A DNA stretch of 64,000 nt from Anaeramoeba ignava BMAN. Taxonomy: Eukaryota > Protista > Anaeramoebae. Position 1 is the first letter of the stretch. The number at the start of each line of letters is the position of its first letter. The notes under the pieces are model-generated. The model searched no databases and was not told the DNA's origin. It saw nothing but the letters and a program-made list of their open reading frames with translations. Location of the stretch: NCBI GenBank assembly GCA_028826165.1, contig JAPDFW010000122.1, forward strand, positions 1 through 64,000, given 5' to 3'. Positions 1 through 14,898 of this stretch are shown here, piece by piece. A program made the translations under genes and the position numbers.

Positions 1-3000
1 AATAGTGAAAGTGTCATTGATTTGGAATCGATGTGAAGAAAATGATTTTCCAGAAACGTCCAAGAATATCCAACTTACTGGAGGATTTGTCTCCCCAAGG
101 CGGAGAAGCAAGATCAAGTCGTCTTTATGAGTTTGATAAATTAAGTTTTCTTCCTCTTGGTACAGAGGATTCAGATATTGCTGAGAAAAGAGTTTCATCA
201 GAAAGTCTCATTTCTTGTGGTCATTATTCTCATGATCATCAAATTCTTGAGTAACAAAAGAGGAAAGATCGTATTTATTGGTTTGGTTGGGATTTTTATC
301 GCTGCATCAAAATTTAGAATTAAATATAAATTCAAATCCCGTCCAGAATTTAAATTCAAATCCAAATTCAAATTCAAATTTAAATCCAAATTTAAACTCC
401 AAATAAATACCAAAATTCAAAATTTCAAATTCAGATACCCAAATATAAATCCAAACTCAATTCCAAGAAACTTTAAATACAACTCAAACTATTAAATTAC
501 CAAATTCAAATATATTCAAATTCAAATGCTAAATTCAAATTCAAATCCAAAATTCAAATCCAAATCCCAAACCAAATCCAAATTGAATCCAAATCAAAAC
601 AAATTATTCATCTCTTGGAATGGTTTCTTTTCTTTTAAACTCCATAATTTAACTTCGTTATCATTTCGAACAAATTTGGCAAATTTCAATAAAATTAGAA
701 ATCTAAACAAAGAATGTTCAAAACCGGAAACACAATAATGATGTCCACCATATCACAAAAATCAAAATCATTGCATTTCCCAACATTTAGTGAAAATCAA
801 GCACAAATATATCAGTAATGATTTGAAACAATTCTACAATAAACTTAATCCAATTGAAAATCAAATCAATCACATTTTTGTAATTCAAAATGGATTGAAA
901 GCCCTGGATTCTACACATTCACATCCAAAATGGATTTTGCAGAAGATAAAACAAGACATGTTTATCCACTTTTGCTAATGATCTTGAATTGCCTCGGTTA
1001 TCATCTACAATGTTACTCCTCTTCATATGAACTGCGCTCATATCCATCTTTTATCACGGTGAGTTTTCTATTCAAAAACCAAACTCAACCTTCTCGTTTA
1101 TTTATTCGTTCTGTTCTTTCCAATTGTCAACATTTCCCAAAACGATCTTCTTCATAGTTTCCATGAAATCATCAAAAACTGAGATTCTGCGGTTTAATTC
1201 TGTTTTTCGAAATCAGATTTTCTTCATATTTTCATTAATATTCTTTCCTCTTCTTTCAATTCTTGATGAAAAACTCAAAAAATACTTCTGCATTTCTCAA
1301 AAAGTTATTTCTGAAATATCTTCCAAAAATATCTGCTCAACTTTTATAAACTCAAAGTTATTGAAATTGAAATTTATGTGAATATTAGAAATAACGACAT
1401 CAAATTCCAGAAATAACATCACAATCTGAGAAAAATCACTCTGATAAATGCAACCCTTGAATCGTCTAGATATAGAATTTTATTAGTATTTTCTCTCCTT
1501 TTAGTCAAAGATATTGAGGTTTATTCGAACAAATTTTGATGGTCAAAAATATTGAAATGGATTGATGGAACATCAGCAACATCCAGGTCAATATCATGAT
1601 AAACCATCACAAGATCTTATGGAGTAAATCACTCCTATTCCACAACCAAACGTGCATTTTAAAAAGCAGGAACAACATATTTCCCTGATTTCTTGAAATT
1701 GTTTCAATGCGCAATTGAAAATTTAGGAATTTGTTTTGGTTCATCATTTATCAATAGATTCAATACCAAAATATTACTTGAATATGAGGAATTTGTTTTA
1801 CAAGAGTCTATATTGCCAAATAAAAGAAAAATATGACTTAAATTTAATTAAACGTTCTGATGGAAATAATAAAATTGGAATGGTTGCATGGAAAGTGAAA
1901 AATAAAAACTCAGAATTCGAAGAAAAAGATTGTTTTGATTGAAATGATATTATTTTTCAATAGGATCTTTTGGTTTCGTTTTGAAGATATGCTATTCAAG
2001 TTTAGTAAGTCAATATTCAAGAAGGAAAAATTCTCAAGTTTATATTTCCAACAAAATTCGGGAATAAGAATTGATTATTATCAAAACTTATTAAGAGATG
2101 AGATTTCCAGAGTTGAAGTGGAATAATCCAGATGATCTTGAGCAAGGTTTTCAATATTTATATCTTAATGAAGGGGATATTAAAGAATTAAGAGTGAATA
2201 TGTCTTAACAAAACTTGTTGAATCAAAAATCAAAATAAAATAAAATCAAAATCAAAATGAAAATGAAATTGAAAATAAAAATAAAAATGAAAATCAAAAT
2301 CAAAATCAAAATGAAAATCAAAATAAAAATATAAATCAAAATCAAAATGAAAATCAAAATCAAAATCAAAATCAAAATCAAAATCAAAATCAAAATCAAA
2401 ATCAAAATCAAAACCAAAATCAAAATCAAAATCAAAATCAAAATCAAAATCAAAATCAAAATAAAAATCAAAATCAAAATCAAAATCAAAATCAAAATCA
2501 AAATCAAAATCAAATTGAAAATGAAAATGAAAATCAAAATCAAAATCAAAACCAAAATCAATATGAAAATCAAAATCAAAATCAAAATAAAAATAAAAAT
2601 GAAAATCAATATGAAAATCAAAATAAAAATCAAAATCAAAATGAAAATCAATATGAAAATCAAAATCAAAATCAAAATCAAAATCAAAACCAAAATCAAA
2701 ATCAAAATCAAAATCAAAATCAAAATCAAAATCAAAATCAAAATCAAAATCAAAATCAAAATCAAAATAAAAATCAAAATCAAAATGAAAATCAATATGA
2801 AAATCAAAATCAAAATCAAAATCAAAATCAAAATCAAAATCAAAATCAAAATAAAAATCAAAATCAAAATAAAAATCAAAATCAAAATCAAAATCAAAAT
2901 CAAAATCAAAATCAAAATCAAAATCAAAATCAAAAATCAAAAATCAAAATCAAAAAAATCAAAATCAAAATCAAAATCAAAATCAAAGATAAAAATTTGA

Positions 3001-4665
3001 AATTACAGATATTATTTCAGAATTTGATGATATTGAGTTGTAAACCTCAAAAGGTTCGGGAATGATTGCAGGAGAAAACTTCATCAGCATACAGAATGCT
3101 TTACAATAAGTTATGTAACAGGAAGAGCTGTGGTATTTGGATCATATCTTGTTCGATTAGGACAAAGTAATCAAAAAATGATTCACCAATAATTTTAACA
3201 GGAGCTCAAGCACTTAATAAACTTCTAGGAAGCAATATTTATACATCAAATATTCAAATAGGAGGTCCACAAATCATGGGAGCAAATGGAATATCGCATA
3301 GAATTGTTCAGAATGATTTGGGAGATCCGAGGAAATACTTAAATGGCTTTCCTTTATACCTAAAAGAAAGGGAAAATCATTACCAATCCATTTATCATCC
3401 CTTCTTCAAGATCCAATAGAACGTGAAATAGAATTTATTCCCCCAAACGAACCTTATGATCCTGTGAATTTATTAAATGGTGCATATGATCAAAAACCCA
3501 AAAATGGATCAGTGGTTGTGTGACAAGGAAGCTTTATTGAAACCTTAGAGATGTGGGCACAAACAGTAAGAGTAGGTCGATGTAGATTGGGAGGAATCCC
3601 ATGAGCATCCTTGTACCGGGTTGAGAACTGTTACTTCAATTATTTCCTGCGGATCCAGCTAATCTAAAGTCTGAGGAAACAACAATATTACAAGCAGGAC
3701 AACTTTGGTATCTGATTCAGCATTTAAAAAAACAGCACAAGCAATCCGAGACTTTGATCAAGAAGAACTTCCCGCTTTTAATCTTCGCAAACTTTCGTGG
3801 ATTCTCAGGTGGATTGCGGGACATGTTCCACGAAGTCCTCAAATTCGGATCTATGATTGTTGACAACTTGAGAACTTACAAAAATCCAATTGTTGTTTAT
3901 TTACCTCCTTATTCAGAATTACGAGGAGGTGCTTGGGTTGTTTTGGATCCAAAAATAAACCTTAACGGATTATGTGAAATGTTTGCCGATCCAAGTTCCA
4001 AAGGAGGAGTACTTGAACCAACTGGAACAATTGAAATCAAGTACAAAAATCAAGATCTTATATCAACAATGCATCGTTTGGATCCTGTTTTGATTCAGCT
4101 TGAAAAAACTCTCAACGATCCAAATATCTGCAATGTTGAGCACCAAAAAAACCATATTCTCAGTCAGATTTCTGAACGCGAAAATAAACTTCTTCCAATT
4201 TTTACTCAAATTGCAATCAAGTTTGCTGATCTTCATGATACTCCTGTTCAAATGAAACACAGAAAAGTTATCAAGGAAGTTATCGAATGGAAAAATGCAA
4301 GATCTTATTTTTATTATCATTTCTCTCGCAAAATCCAAGAGTTAAATATTTATAAAAAACTCATTTCATCTGGTGTTTCAAAAAATTTGGAACATTCTTC
4401 TTTTTTATTCCAAAAATGGATTTTCAAACAAAATGATTTTGATCACAAACAATTCCTTGATAATAAGTTATTTATTTCTTATTTACTCAAAAAGAAGATA
4501 TTCAAAAATGGATTCAAGATTTATCTATTCAATTTAAGTCTTCTTTTGATAAAATTCTTAATGAAATGAAAAGTTTTCTTGATAATATTTCTGTTGAAAA
4601 TCGAAAACAATTTATTGAAAAAATTAATTTGGAAATTAATGAAAAATTAATTAAAATTCAATTTA
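1..4665 (+). CDS. ACC1: Acetyl-CoA carboxylase, eukaryotic multidomain type; 3' part (central + carboxyltransferase domains), many frameshifts, 5' end outside window, 3' end approximate
   Basis: ORF 3754..4569 has CT motifs [59 protein letters not shown] and FADLHDTP. Upstream broken frames give NKIGMVAW (~1870), NSGIRI (~2055), [33 protein letters not shown] and [11 protein letters not shown] (3050-3300). Pseudogene versus sequence error is unresolved. Confidence 0.88.
2222..2986 (+). repeat. (AAAATC)n hexamer array inside the ACC carboxyltransferase region; reads as poly-NQ in one frame
   Basis: About 765 bp of near-perfect aaaatc with aaaatg/aaaata variants. No GT donor is visible at its left edge, and ACC-like coding resumes immediately after it (FEITDII...). 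Confidence 0.9.
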
Positions 4666-4716
4666 AAAACAAATAATTTTTGCTTTTTCTTTTTATTTTT
4701 ATTTTTATTTTTATTT

Positions 4717-7700
4717 TTAAGCTTTTGGTTTAATTAAAGACTTAAACTAGAAATTAAAGTTAAACCAGAAAATAAACATTAAAAGTGAAATAATGTCAGT
4801 TTATTATTAATTCCTGAAGAAATTGAAGGAATTGCCATTGCAACTGTTGATGAAAAATTTGAAGAAAACCTAAATGAATTCCAAAATTTTTTGACCAAAA
4901 CTTTCACCAACCATAGTTGGAATTAAGACCAATGTTGTTTCAAAAATAAATCCAACATAAATCAAAAATACATCTAAAAACATCAATTGTTTTCCTTTTT
5001 AGAAACAGCTGTCAAAATACCAAAAATTAATAATATAACTGAAGATATAAACATAATAAGTGAAAGATATTCTTCTCTTCGATGATTTTTCTTTGTTTTA
5101 ATTTATTAATTTATTAATTTATTAATTTATTTTAAATTAATTTTTAAAAATACTTTCAATAAATCTGAAAAACTCACTTAAAAATGATCAGTTGCATTTG
5201 CTACAGAAAATAAAGTGAGAATAAGATCTGTTAAATCAAAAGAGGAGTTATAAGATTTCCAAATCAAATTAACATCTTTTTAAAAAAAAATAAAAGAAAA
5301 AAAGCATTCCACATTTTTTTTTAAAAGAAAACAAATTTATAAATATAAATATTAATATTTTACCTGCAATAACAAAACTCAACTCAACGCCAGTAAAAAG
5401 AAATTGCATAAATCCAAAATAATCGATTTTTAAAATTTGTAAAGATTCTTTAAATGAGCTTTATCTTCTTTTTTTCTTCAATAATTTCGATTTCATCAAC
5501 ACAAATTGAAAGTAACTAAAAACAGAAAAATTTCAATAAAAAATTTGTTTTTGTTTTTTGAGATAAAATTTTGAATAAAATTTTGAGAATTACTTTTCTT
5601 TTTCATTATCATTTTTCTTTTTCATTTTTCTTTATCATTTTCATTTTTTTTCATTTTCATTATCATTTTTCTTTATCATTTTCTTTATCATTTTCTTTTC
5701 ATTTTTCTTTATCTTTTTCTTTATCTTTCTTATCTTTATTTTCTTATCTTTATTAGATTGAGATTCTGTATCTGTTTCTGATAAAGATCAGGTGAATTTG
5801 AAAATTTATCTAAATTTTCATTTTCATTAATATTAATATTTCAAAATTTTCAAAATTTTCTTGATTGGTTTTTGTTATTTTTGTTCTTCCATAAAGAAAT
5901 AAACTAAAAGGAATCAAAATAATTCCCATTAAAATTGCAAGAAATCTAACTTCTTTTTCCAACAAGAATCACCACTACAACCAGAAACTTTATCATATAC
6001 TAAAATTTAAAATAATTAAAAAGTCCCGAAAAGAAAAAAAAAATTTTTAAGAACTTTTTGGAAAAATACAACTTTTAGAAATAAAAAGAAAACACAAACA
6101 ACTATAAAGAGAAACAACTAATCCCATAGAAAGACTCATTGCAGTTCAACAAGAGACATATTAATACCCAAATATTTAAGTGGACTAACTTTAAGAGCTG
6201 TACCTAAAGAACAAATAAAACCAGTTCCAAGACCAAAAACCAGCCAAAGAGTAAAAAAAAAAGTGATTGAAGCTTTTGTTTGAATAAATGTAGCCATTAA
6301 AAACTAAAAACTGCACAAACTCCTCCAATTAAGGATGCTATTTTTGCTCCAAATTTATCATGTAAAAATCCTGCAGGAATTGTGAAATATAAACCTAACA
6401 TTTCGAGTGATGTTAAAACTTGAATGAAACCATCATTGTAATGTTCTGTGTTTTGAATTTTAGAACTAATTTTATCAAAAGCATTCTTTTTTTTTTAAGG
6501 AGAAAATTTATATTTTAATTTTAATTTTAATTTTAATTGCATTTTTTTTATATTTATATTTATATTTATATTTATATTTATATTTATATTTATATTTATA
6601 TTTATATTTATATTTATATTTATATTTATTTATATTTATATTTCTAATTGTATTTATATTTATATTTATATTTATATTTGTATTTATATTTATATTTATA
6701 TTTATATTTATATTTAATTTATATTTATATTTTATATTTATATTTATATTTATATTTATATTTATATTTATATTTATATTTATTTATATTTATGTTTATA
6801 TTTATATTTATGTTTTTATTTATATTTATATTTATATTTATATTTATGTTTTTAAAATTTATATTTATATTTAATTTTATGTTTATATTTATATTTTAAT
6901 TTATATTTATTTATATCTATTTTTTCTTTGTTTATGTTATGTTTATGTTTATATTTATGTTTTTTTATTTATGTTTATGTTTATGTTTATGTTTATGTTT
7001 ATATTTATGTTTATGTTTTATGTTTATGTTTATATTTTTATTTATATTTTATTATTTTTTATGTTTATTTTTTTTATGTTTATGTTTCTTTTGTTATTTT
7101 ATATTTATATTTATATTTATGATTTATATTTATGTTTATGTTATATTTTATGTTATATTTATATTTATGTTTTATATTTTATGTTTTTTTTTATGATTTA
7201 TGTTTATGTTTATTTTTATGTTTATGTTTATGTTTATATTTATGTTTATGTTTATGTTTTTATTTTATCATTTTTGTTATTTTTATTTTCATTTTTATGT
7301 TTATGTTTATGTTTATGATTTATGTTTATATTTATATTTTTATATTTTGTTTATGTTTATATTTATGTTTATATTTATGTTTATGTTTATGTTTATTTAT
7401 GTTTATGATTTATGTTTATGTTTATGTTTATATTTTATGTTTATGTTTATGTTTATATTTTGTTTATGTTTTATGTTTATGTTATGTTTATGTTTATGTT
7501 TATATTTTATATTTATGTTTATGTTATGTTTATATTTATATTTTTATTTTATGTTTATGTTTTATATTTATGAGGTTTATATTTATATTTATGTTTATGT
7601 TTATGATTTGTTTATGTTTATGTTTATATTTATGTTTATATTTATATTTATGTTTATGTTTATATTTATATTTATTTTATATTTATGTTTATGTTTATAT

Positions 7701-9816
7701 TTATGATTTATATTTATATTTATGTTATTTATATTTATATTTATGTTTTTTATTATTTATGTTTATGTTTATATTTATATTTTATGTTTATGTTTATGTT
7801 TATATTTTTATTTTTATGTTTATATTTTATGTTTATTTTTATTTATGTTTTTGTTTATGTTTATGTTATTTTATGTTTATATTTATGTTATGTTTATGTT
7901 TATATTTATATTTATGTTTATGTTTATGTTTTATGTTTATGTTTATTTATTTTATTTTATGTTTATGTTTATTTTTATGTTTATTTATGTTTATGTTTAT
8001 GTTTATATTTATATTTATGTTTATTTTTTATGTTTATGTTTATGTTTATGTTTATATTTATGTTTATGTTATGTTTATGTTTATGTTTATATTTAGTTTA
8101 TGTTTATGTTTATGTTTATGTTTATTTTATATTTATATTTATATTTTATGTTTATTTATATTTATGTTTATATTTTATATTTATGTTTATGTTTTATTAT
8201 GTTTATGTTTTATGTTTATGTTTATATATTTTATGTTTATGTTTATATTTTATGTTTATGTTTATGTTTTTATGTTTATGTTTATATTTATTTTTATGTT
8301 TATGTTTATATTTTGTTTATTTTATGTTTATATTTTATATGTTTATATTTTTTTATTTATGTTTATGTTTATATTTATATTTATATTTTATTTATGTTTA
8401 TGTTTATGTTTATATTTATATTTATATTTATGTTTATATTTATATTTATGTTTATATTTATATTTTTGTTTATGATTTATATTTATAATTTATGTTTATG
8501 ATTTATATTTATGTTTATATTTATGTTTATGTTTTATATTTTTATTTTATATATTTTATGATTTTATATTTATATTTTATGTTTATATTTTATTTTTATT
8601 TATATTTATATTTATGTTTATGTTTATGTTTTATGTTTATATTTATATTTTATTTTTATTTTTATTTTTATGTTTATATTTTATGTTTTATATTTATATT
8701 TATATTTATGTTTATGTTTTAATTTATATTTTATTTTTTTATTTATATTTATGTTTATATTTTTATATTTTATGTTTATGTTTATATTTATGTTTATGTT
8801 TATGTTTATTTATGTTTATATTTTTATATTTTATTTTTATGTTTATATTTATATTTATTTTTATATTTATGTAATTTATATTTATATTTTATGTATTTAT
8901 ATTTATATTTATATTTATATTTATATTTTATTTATGTTTATGTTTATGTTTATTTTTATTTATTTATGTTTATGTTTTGTTTATATTTATGTTTATTTTA
9001 TGTTTATGTTTATATTTATATTTATGATTTATGGTTTATGTTTATGTTTATGTTTATTTTTATGTTTATGTTTATGTTTATATTTTATATTTTATGTTTA
9101 TATTTATGTTTATGTTTATATTTATTTATGTTTATTTTTGTTTATATTTATGTTTTTATATTTATAATTTATATTTATATTTATTTTATTTTATGTTTAT
9201 ATTTTGTTTATGTTTATATTTTTATATTTTGATTTATGTTTTATTTTATTTTTTTTTATATGTATATTTATGTTTTATTTTATTTTATGTTTATATTTTT
9301 ATATTTATGTTTTATATTTATGTTTTACATATTTATATTTATATTTTATGTTTATTTATATTATTTTTTGTTTTATATGATTTATGTTTATTTTTTATTT
9401 ATATTTTATTTTTATTTATATTTATTTTTAAATATTTATGTTTATTTTTTAATTGTATTTTTCTGTTTATTGTTTTTATATTTATATTTTATTTATAATT
9501 TATATTTATATTTATATTTATATTTATATTTATATTTATATTTATATTTATATTTATATTTATATTTATATTTATATTTATATTTATATTTATATTTATA
9601 ATTATATTTATATTTATATTTATATTTATATTTATATTTATATTTCTAATTGTATTTCTAATTGTATTTCTATTTGTATTTATATTTATATTTATATTGT
9701 TTAAATTGTGTGTTGATTAAGATTTTTTATACAGGTGCTCCACATAATAAAGAAATAATAATTGCAGAAATTATTTGTAAAACTTGAAACCAACCAAATT
9801 TATTTCGAGTTTGCAT
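4717..9816 (-). CDS. Nodulin-like / Mch1-type MFS transporter (multi-exon, frameshifts in the 3' half, 3' end approximate)
   Basis: Exon 1 (9816..9733) [28 protein letters not shown] joins via the GT..AG intron 9732..6486 to [11 protein letters not shown]...[26 protein letters not shown] (MFS motif A-like). The C-terminal half, near 4870-4930, has [21 protein letters not shown]. Confidence 0.72.
6486..9732 (-). repeat. 3247-nt intron filled with a degenerate (TTTATA/TTTATG)n microsatellite
   Basis: GTATAA donor at 9732 and AAG acceptor at 6486 on the minus strand restore the frame. The interior is the hexamer array, with pure TTTATA at both ends and TTTATG-rich sequence in the middle. Confidence 0.88.
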
Positions 9817-9911
9817 TTTGTTAATTAAAAAATAAGAAAATAAAAGAGAAAAAATGATTTTTTTTATTTATTAATAACAAATAAAACGAAGTTAAAAAAA
9901 ATTTTTTTTGC

Positions 9912-12900
9912 TTATTTAAATTCAACAAGACATTTTCCATAAAAACTTAAAAATCGGATAAAAATTCGAATGTCTTCTTTTTTGATAATAAATCCAGATT
10001 CTTCTTGAAGTTTAAAATGAATTTTGCTTTTTAAAATTTCTTCATTCAAATCAATCCCAACAAATTTGAATTTTTTAACAAATCGTAAATTATCTTTTGA
10101 ATTTGGGTCTAACCAATATCCTCTGCATGAAAACAATCTCAAATTATCATTAGACTCATCATTCTTATGGAGACTCTTTTCATTTTCCTTTGAATTCACG
10201 CCAAAATTGTCGTCAATACAACGTTGAATTTTTTCAAACCAGAAATCAAGCTTTGATTGAGGAGTAATCAAGAGGGAATGCTCAGAATTAAACAAGAAAA
10301 AAGATTCGTTCTCCTTTGGGATGTCTGCATTTTTTTCAGAAAGGGGAAGCTTGATAAAAAGATCGTGGAGAGGGATATATAGCTCAGGAATAAATTCAGA
10401 TAAATGTTTTTTTGTGTCACAAATTAATAAACAATCGTTGAATAAAAAGCAGTATTTTTGGGATGTTTGGGTCACAGTAAAGTTCTCCAGAATAGGGAAC
10501 AAGATCGAATACTCGGCGGTATCTTTCTTTTTCTTTTGTTTTTTATGGACAAATAATGATTGAGATCGTCTTCGTGGTGAATCTATTCCGCGAGGAGACA
10601 TTTCTCCTGAAATAGAACGGTTTTGTTGAACTTCGACTGTTGTTGTTTCTGGATCGGAATGTTCAAATTGCACTTTTAAAGCCTTCTTCCCAGTTTTGAT
10701 GGTTCCGTACTTCGAAACTCCTGATTGTTTTTCGGAAGGATTTTTCTCACCGTTTGATGTTATGTATTTTTCTTTTGGAATTGATGTGTGTTTACGAAGC
10801 ATTTTATCGTTTAGAGGATCAGGTTTTTCTTCTTTGTGTGTCTTTTTGTTTGGGATTATTTGGTTGGGAGTTAATATTTGGGAGTTTATTTTGGATAATT
10901 TAACCCTTTTTTTATTTGAATTTTTTTTGTTCTTTTTTTGGTTGTCTTGATTTTCATCAGAAATAAGTTTGTTTTTGGAAGAAAAAACAACACTATGTGC
11001 TTTTTGTTTCATATCTCTTGAAACTGGGCTAAGAAACCTATTTGATTTGCGTTCCAGAAATTGAAATGTGATAAACCCTTCTTGGATCAGTCTTCTATGA
11101 GATTGATCCAGTAAATTAATTCCTTTTCCGCTTAATTTTGTTTGAATCGAGATGAGTTTTTGATGTTCTTCTGCAATTCGCTTAGTTTCATTCACTTGAT
11201 TTCCGAATTTATTCACAATTTCAAGTGCGTCAGTTAGATCTTGATAGTCTGGATGCGATTCATCAGTGTATTTCTGGATCTGCTCAAACAAAAGCTTGTA
11301 TTGCCCGATTCTTTGAACTGGTTGAATCAATATCGCATCCAATTCCAGTCTCTGAAAAAACGGATCCTGTTCTTGAATTTTGAGGAAATTTGCAAATGAA
11401 TGGTTTTGTTTTCTTGCTTGTTTCAGAGTTTGAATTGATCGATCAAAGTTGTTGTTATATATGATGTAATTACTAACAAATTGCGGAATATGATTCTTGG
11501 CAATATCGCCAACACCTTTTTTGGGATTCCAGTTCTTGAACCTTTCCAAAAGATTACTCAAAAAAAGCGATCCGTCTTGATAGATATTCTGAATATTAGA
11601 GAAAATAAGCTCTAATTGATCCTTCGAAATCATTGGATTGTTCTTCTCTATTGAGCTTGTGCGATTTGATAGAGGATCGATTATTTTAGATATTAATCCT
11701 GACAAAATACGTAAATAATTTTTCTCAGTGTCAATCAATTCGAAAATACTAAAATCGCGCATAAAATGTTTTTTGATAAATTGCGCGCATTTTTTGTGTT
11801 TGTGATTCTCAGCAAGAATATGTGGGCGTTGCATGATGTCTGTGTAGTGTATCAAATTTGCGCCGTATTCAATAAGAATTTCACAAATCTCAAAAAATCC
11901 GTTTTTGGATGCAATTTGGATCGCATTCATTCCGTTTCCATTTCGGATGTTGATATTCTTGCAAGTGGGGATGATTTTTTTGGCAATCTCAATGTTATTT
12001 GCTTCAACCGCATAATGCAAGAGATTTTTGGATTCTTTGTTATTGACCCATGAAGGGAATCCAAGTTCAACGTAAATATTTGCAATTTCCATATTTGAAT
12101 TTTTAACAGCATCAAATACTTGCTCCATTGCACCGTTATCCAATAAGAGCTCAACAATATCAATGAATCCCTTTGAAAGGGCAAGAAATAACGGTGTGTG
12201 TTGTTGATCATCTTGTTGATCCAATTTTGCTCCATAACTTATTAATATTTTACTGCATTCATAATTTCCGTTGAAACAACTTAAATGCAATGGTGTTTGT
12301 TTCTTCTTGTTTTCTATGTTGATATTTGTTTCTCGTATGATTTGAAGCATTAATTCTGTGTTTCCTGTTGTTGCAATAATGTGTAGAACTGTGTTTCCTT
12401 CTTCATTTTGTTTGTTTATGTCTGTGATTTCTTTGTGTTTGGTAATAAATTGTTTTCTTGAATTTTTTGCTGCATGATGAAGAATTGTATTTCCTTCTCT
12501 GTCTGTTTCTTCTTTATAGGATGGAGATTCTTTTTTTATGTAAATATTTTAATTTCAAAATGAATTTTAATTTTAATTTTAATTTTAATTTTAATTTTAA
12601 TTTTAAATTTAATTTTAATTTTAATTTCAATTTTAATTTTAATTTTAATTTTAATTTTAATTTTGAATTTTAATTTTGATTTCAAAATGAATTTTAATTT
12701 TAATTTTAATTTTGAATTTTAATTTTAATTTTAATTTTCATTTTAATTTTAATTTTAATTTTAATTTTAATTTTTAATTTCAATTTTCATTTTAATTTTA
12801 ATTTTAATTTTAATTTTAATTTCAATTTTCATTTTAATTTTAATTTTAATTTTAATTTTAATTTTAATTTTAATTTATAAATGAATTTTAATTTTAATTT

Positions 12901-14610
12901 TAATTTTTTACTCAAAAACTTCATTAAAATATCAAAACATTCCATATTTTCATTACAAATTGCACACAAATGCAAACAAGGAATTCCATCAGTTGTTGAA
13001 AGCGGTGAAGACCTCGAATCTCTAAGAAGATGAGTTAAAGTATTTGGTTGATTTTTGATAATTGCATGATGAAAAGCATTGAATCCTTTATTATCAAAAA
13101 TATTTGCATCAGCAAAATAACTTAATAAAATTGATATTAAAAAGAATTTCCCAAATCAATAGAATCAATCAAAGGAGTTTTTCCATCTTTATCTTGAGTA
13201 TTAATTTGCACTTGTACTTTTGCTTCTTTTCTGAAAAAAGACCTACAAAAACCTATTTTTCTTCAGCAATCGAAAGATGAAATGGTGTTTTTCCTTGTTT
13301 GTTTTGAATATTAACATCAGATCCAATTGCAATAAGTTGTGTAATAAATTGTTGGTTTTTATTCTCTACAGAACAATGTAGAGGTGTTTCATCAAATTCA
13401 TTTTGTTGGTTAAGTATTTTCATTGTTTCTGGATTTGAAGAAATGTGTTTCAAAATAAACTTGAAAATATCAACATGTGAATAAAGAATAGAATAATGAA
13501 GGCAATTCATTCCATTTAAGTTTTGGATTGTGATATCTGCTCCTGATTTAATTAATATTTTTGCCATTTTGAGATATCCATTTCTGGCAGCTATTAAAAG
13601 TGGTGTTAGATGATCTTGATCTAATAAATTTACATTAGATCCTGTTTTAATCAGAAGTGTTACAATTGCTTGATTATTATTCATAACTGCATAATGTAAA
13701 GCAGTTTTTCCAGTAAGATCCACAGCTGTTAATATAAAAAATTTAAATATTTTTATTTAAATATTTATTAAATAATTGTTTAAATATTTTTATAAATATT
13801 TTTATAAATATTTATTTAAATATTTTATTAAATATTTATTTAGATATTTGTTTAAACATTTTTAAATATTTATTTAAATATTTTTATTAAATATTTGTTT
13901 AAATATTTGTTTAAATATTTGTTTAAACATTTGTTGAAATATTTGTTTAAATAATTGATTAAATAATTGATTAAATATTTGTTTAAGTATTTTTATAAAT
14001 ATTTTTAAATATTTGATTAAATATTTGTTTAAATATTTGTTTAGATATTTGTTTAAATATTTGTTTAAATATTTGTTTAAACATTTTTAAATAATTGATT
14101 AAATATTCTTGTTTAAATATTTATTTAAATAATTGTTTAAACATTTGTTTAAATATTTATTTAAATATTTGTTTAAATATTCTTGATTAAATAATTGATT
14201 AAATAATTGTTTAAATATTTGTTTAAATATTTGATTAAGTAATTGTTGAAAATTTTTTATACCATTTATATTAAGAAATGGTATTTTTAAAACTAATTCA
14301 ATAATTTTTATATTTCCATCTTTAACGGCTTCATGAAGAACTAACTTAGCACCATGTTCAATTAAAACATTTGAAATATTATTATGATGGAAAAACTATT
14401 TAAAACACAAATTAAATTGATTAAAAAATTTTTATTTTTATTTTTATTTTTATTTTTAAAAAACAAATTTACTTGAGAAATCATTAATGCTGTACTTCCA
14501 TTTAGATCAGGATGATTAATATCTTCAATTTTATCAATATTCTTATTTATAAATTCAATATCTCCATTTTTACAAGCAACAAAAAATTCTTGATAAATAT
14601 CCTTATTCAT
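9912..14610 (-). CDS. Ankyrin-repeat + DH (RhoGEF)-PH protein
   Basis: Exons 14610..14473, 14395..14263, 13725..~12912 and ~12529..9912. Ankyrin motifs GKTALHYA and TPLHLSC; DH motifs ELIDTEKNYL and LDAILIQPVQRIGQYKLLFEQI; PH domain split by a long low-complexity insert (RRLIQEG ... YCFLFNDCLLIC). Apparent frameshifts near 13140-13255 and ~12450. Confidence 0.85.
12530..12911 (-). repeat. Intron filled with (TTTTAA)n
   Basis: Minus-strand GT at 12911 and AAG near 12530; the interior is a hexamer array. Confidence 0.75.
13726..14262 (-). repeat. 537-nt intron filled with a ~12-mer (AAATATTTGTTT)n
   Basis: Splicing G|gtataa...aacag|CT restores NINAVDLTGKTALHY. Confidence 0.85.
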
Positions 14611-14699
14611 TTAAAGAAAGAAAGAATGAGAAAAGAAAAAATGAAAAAAAAAATCAAAAAAAATTTTTTCTTTTTTCTTTTTTTTTGCTTTTTTTTTGG

Positions 14700-14898
14700 A
14701 TTAAAAAGGAAATTAAATTTAAAAAAGAAATTAAAATTAAAAGGAAATTTAAAAAGGAAATTAAATTTAAAAGGAAATTAAAAAGGAAATTAAAAAGGAA
14801 ATTAAAATTAAAATTAAAAAGGAAATTAAATTTAAAAAGGAAATTAAAAAGGAAATTAAAAAGAAAATTAAAAGGAAATTAAAAAGGAAATTAAAAAA
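14700..14898 (+). repeat. Intergenic minisatellite (AAAAAGGAAATT)n
   Basis: Imperfect tandem 12-mer copies between the TLC gene stop and the RhoGEF gene start. Confidence 0.8.

Noticed and set aside
6486-9732. Telomeric or subtelomeric array
   Set aside because: The array is internal, degenerate and bounded by in-frame splice sites of an MFS gene.
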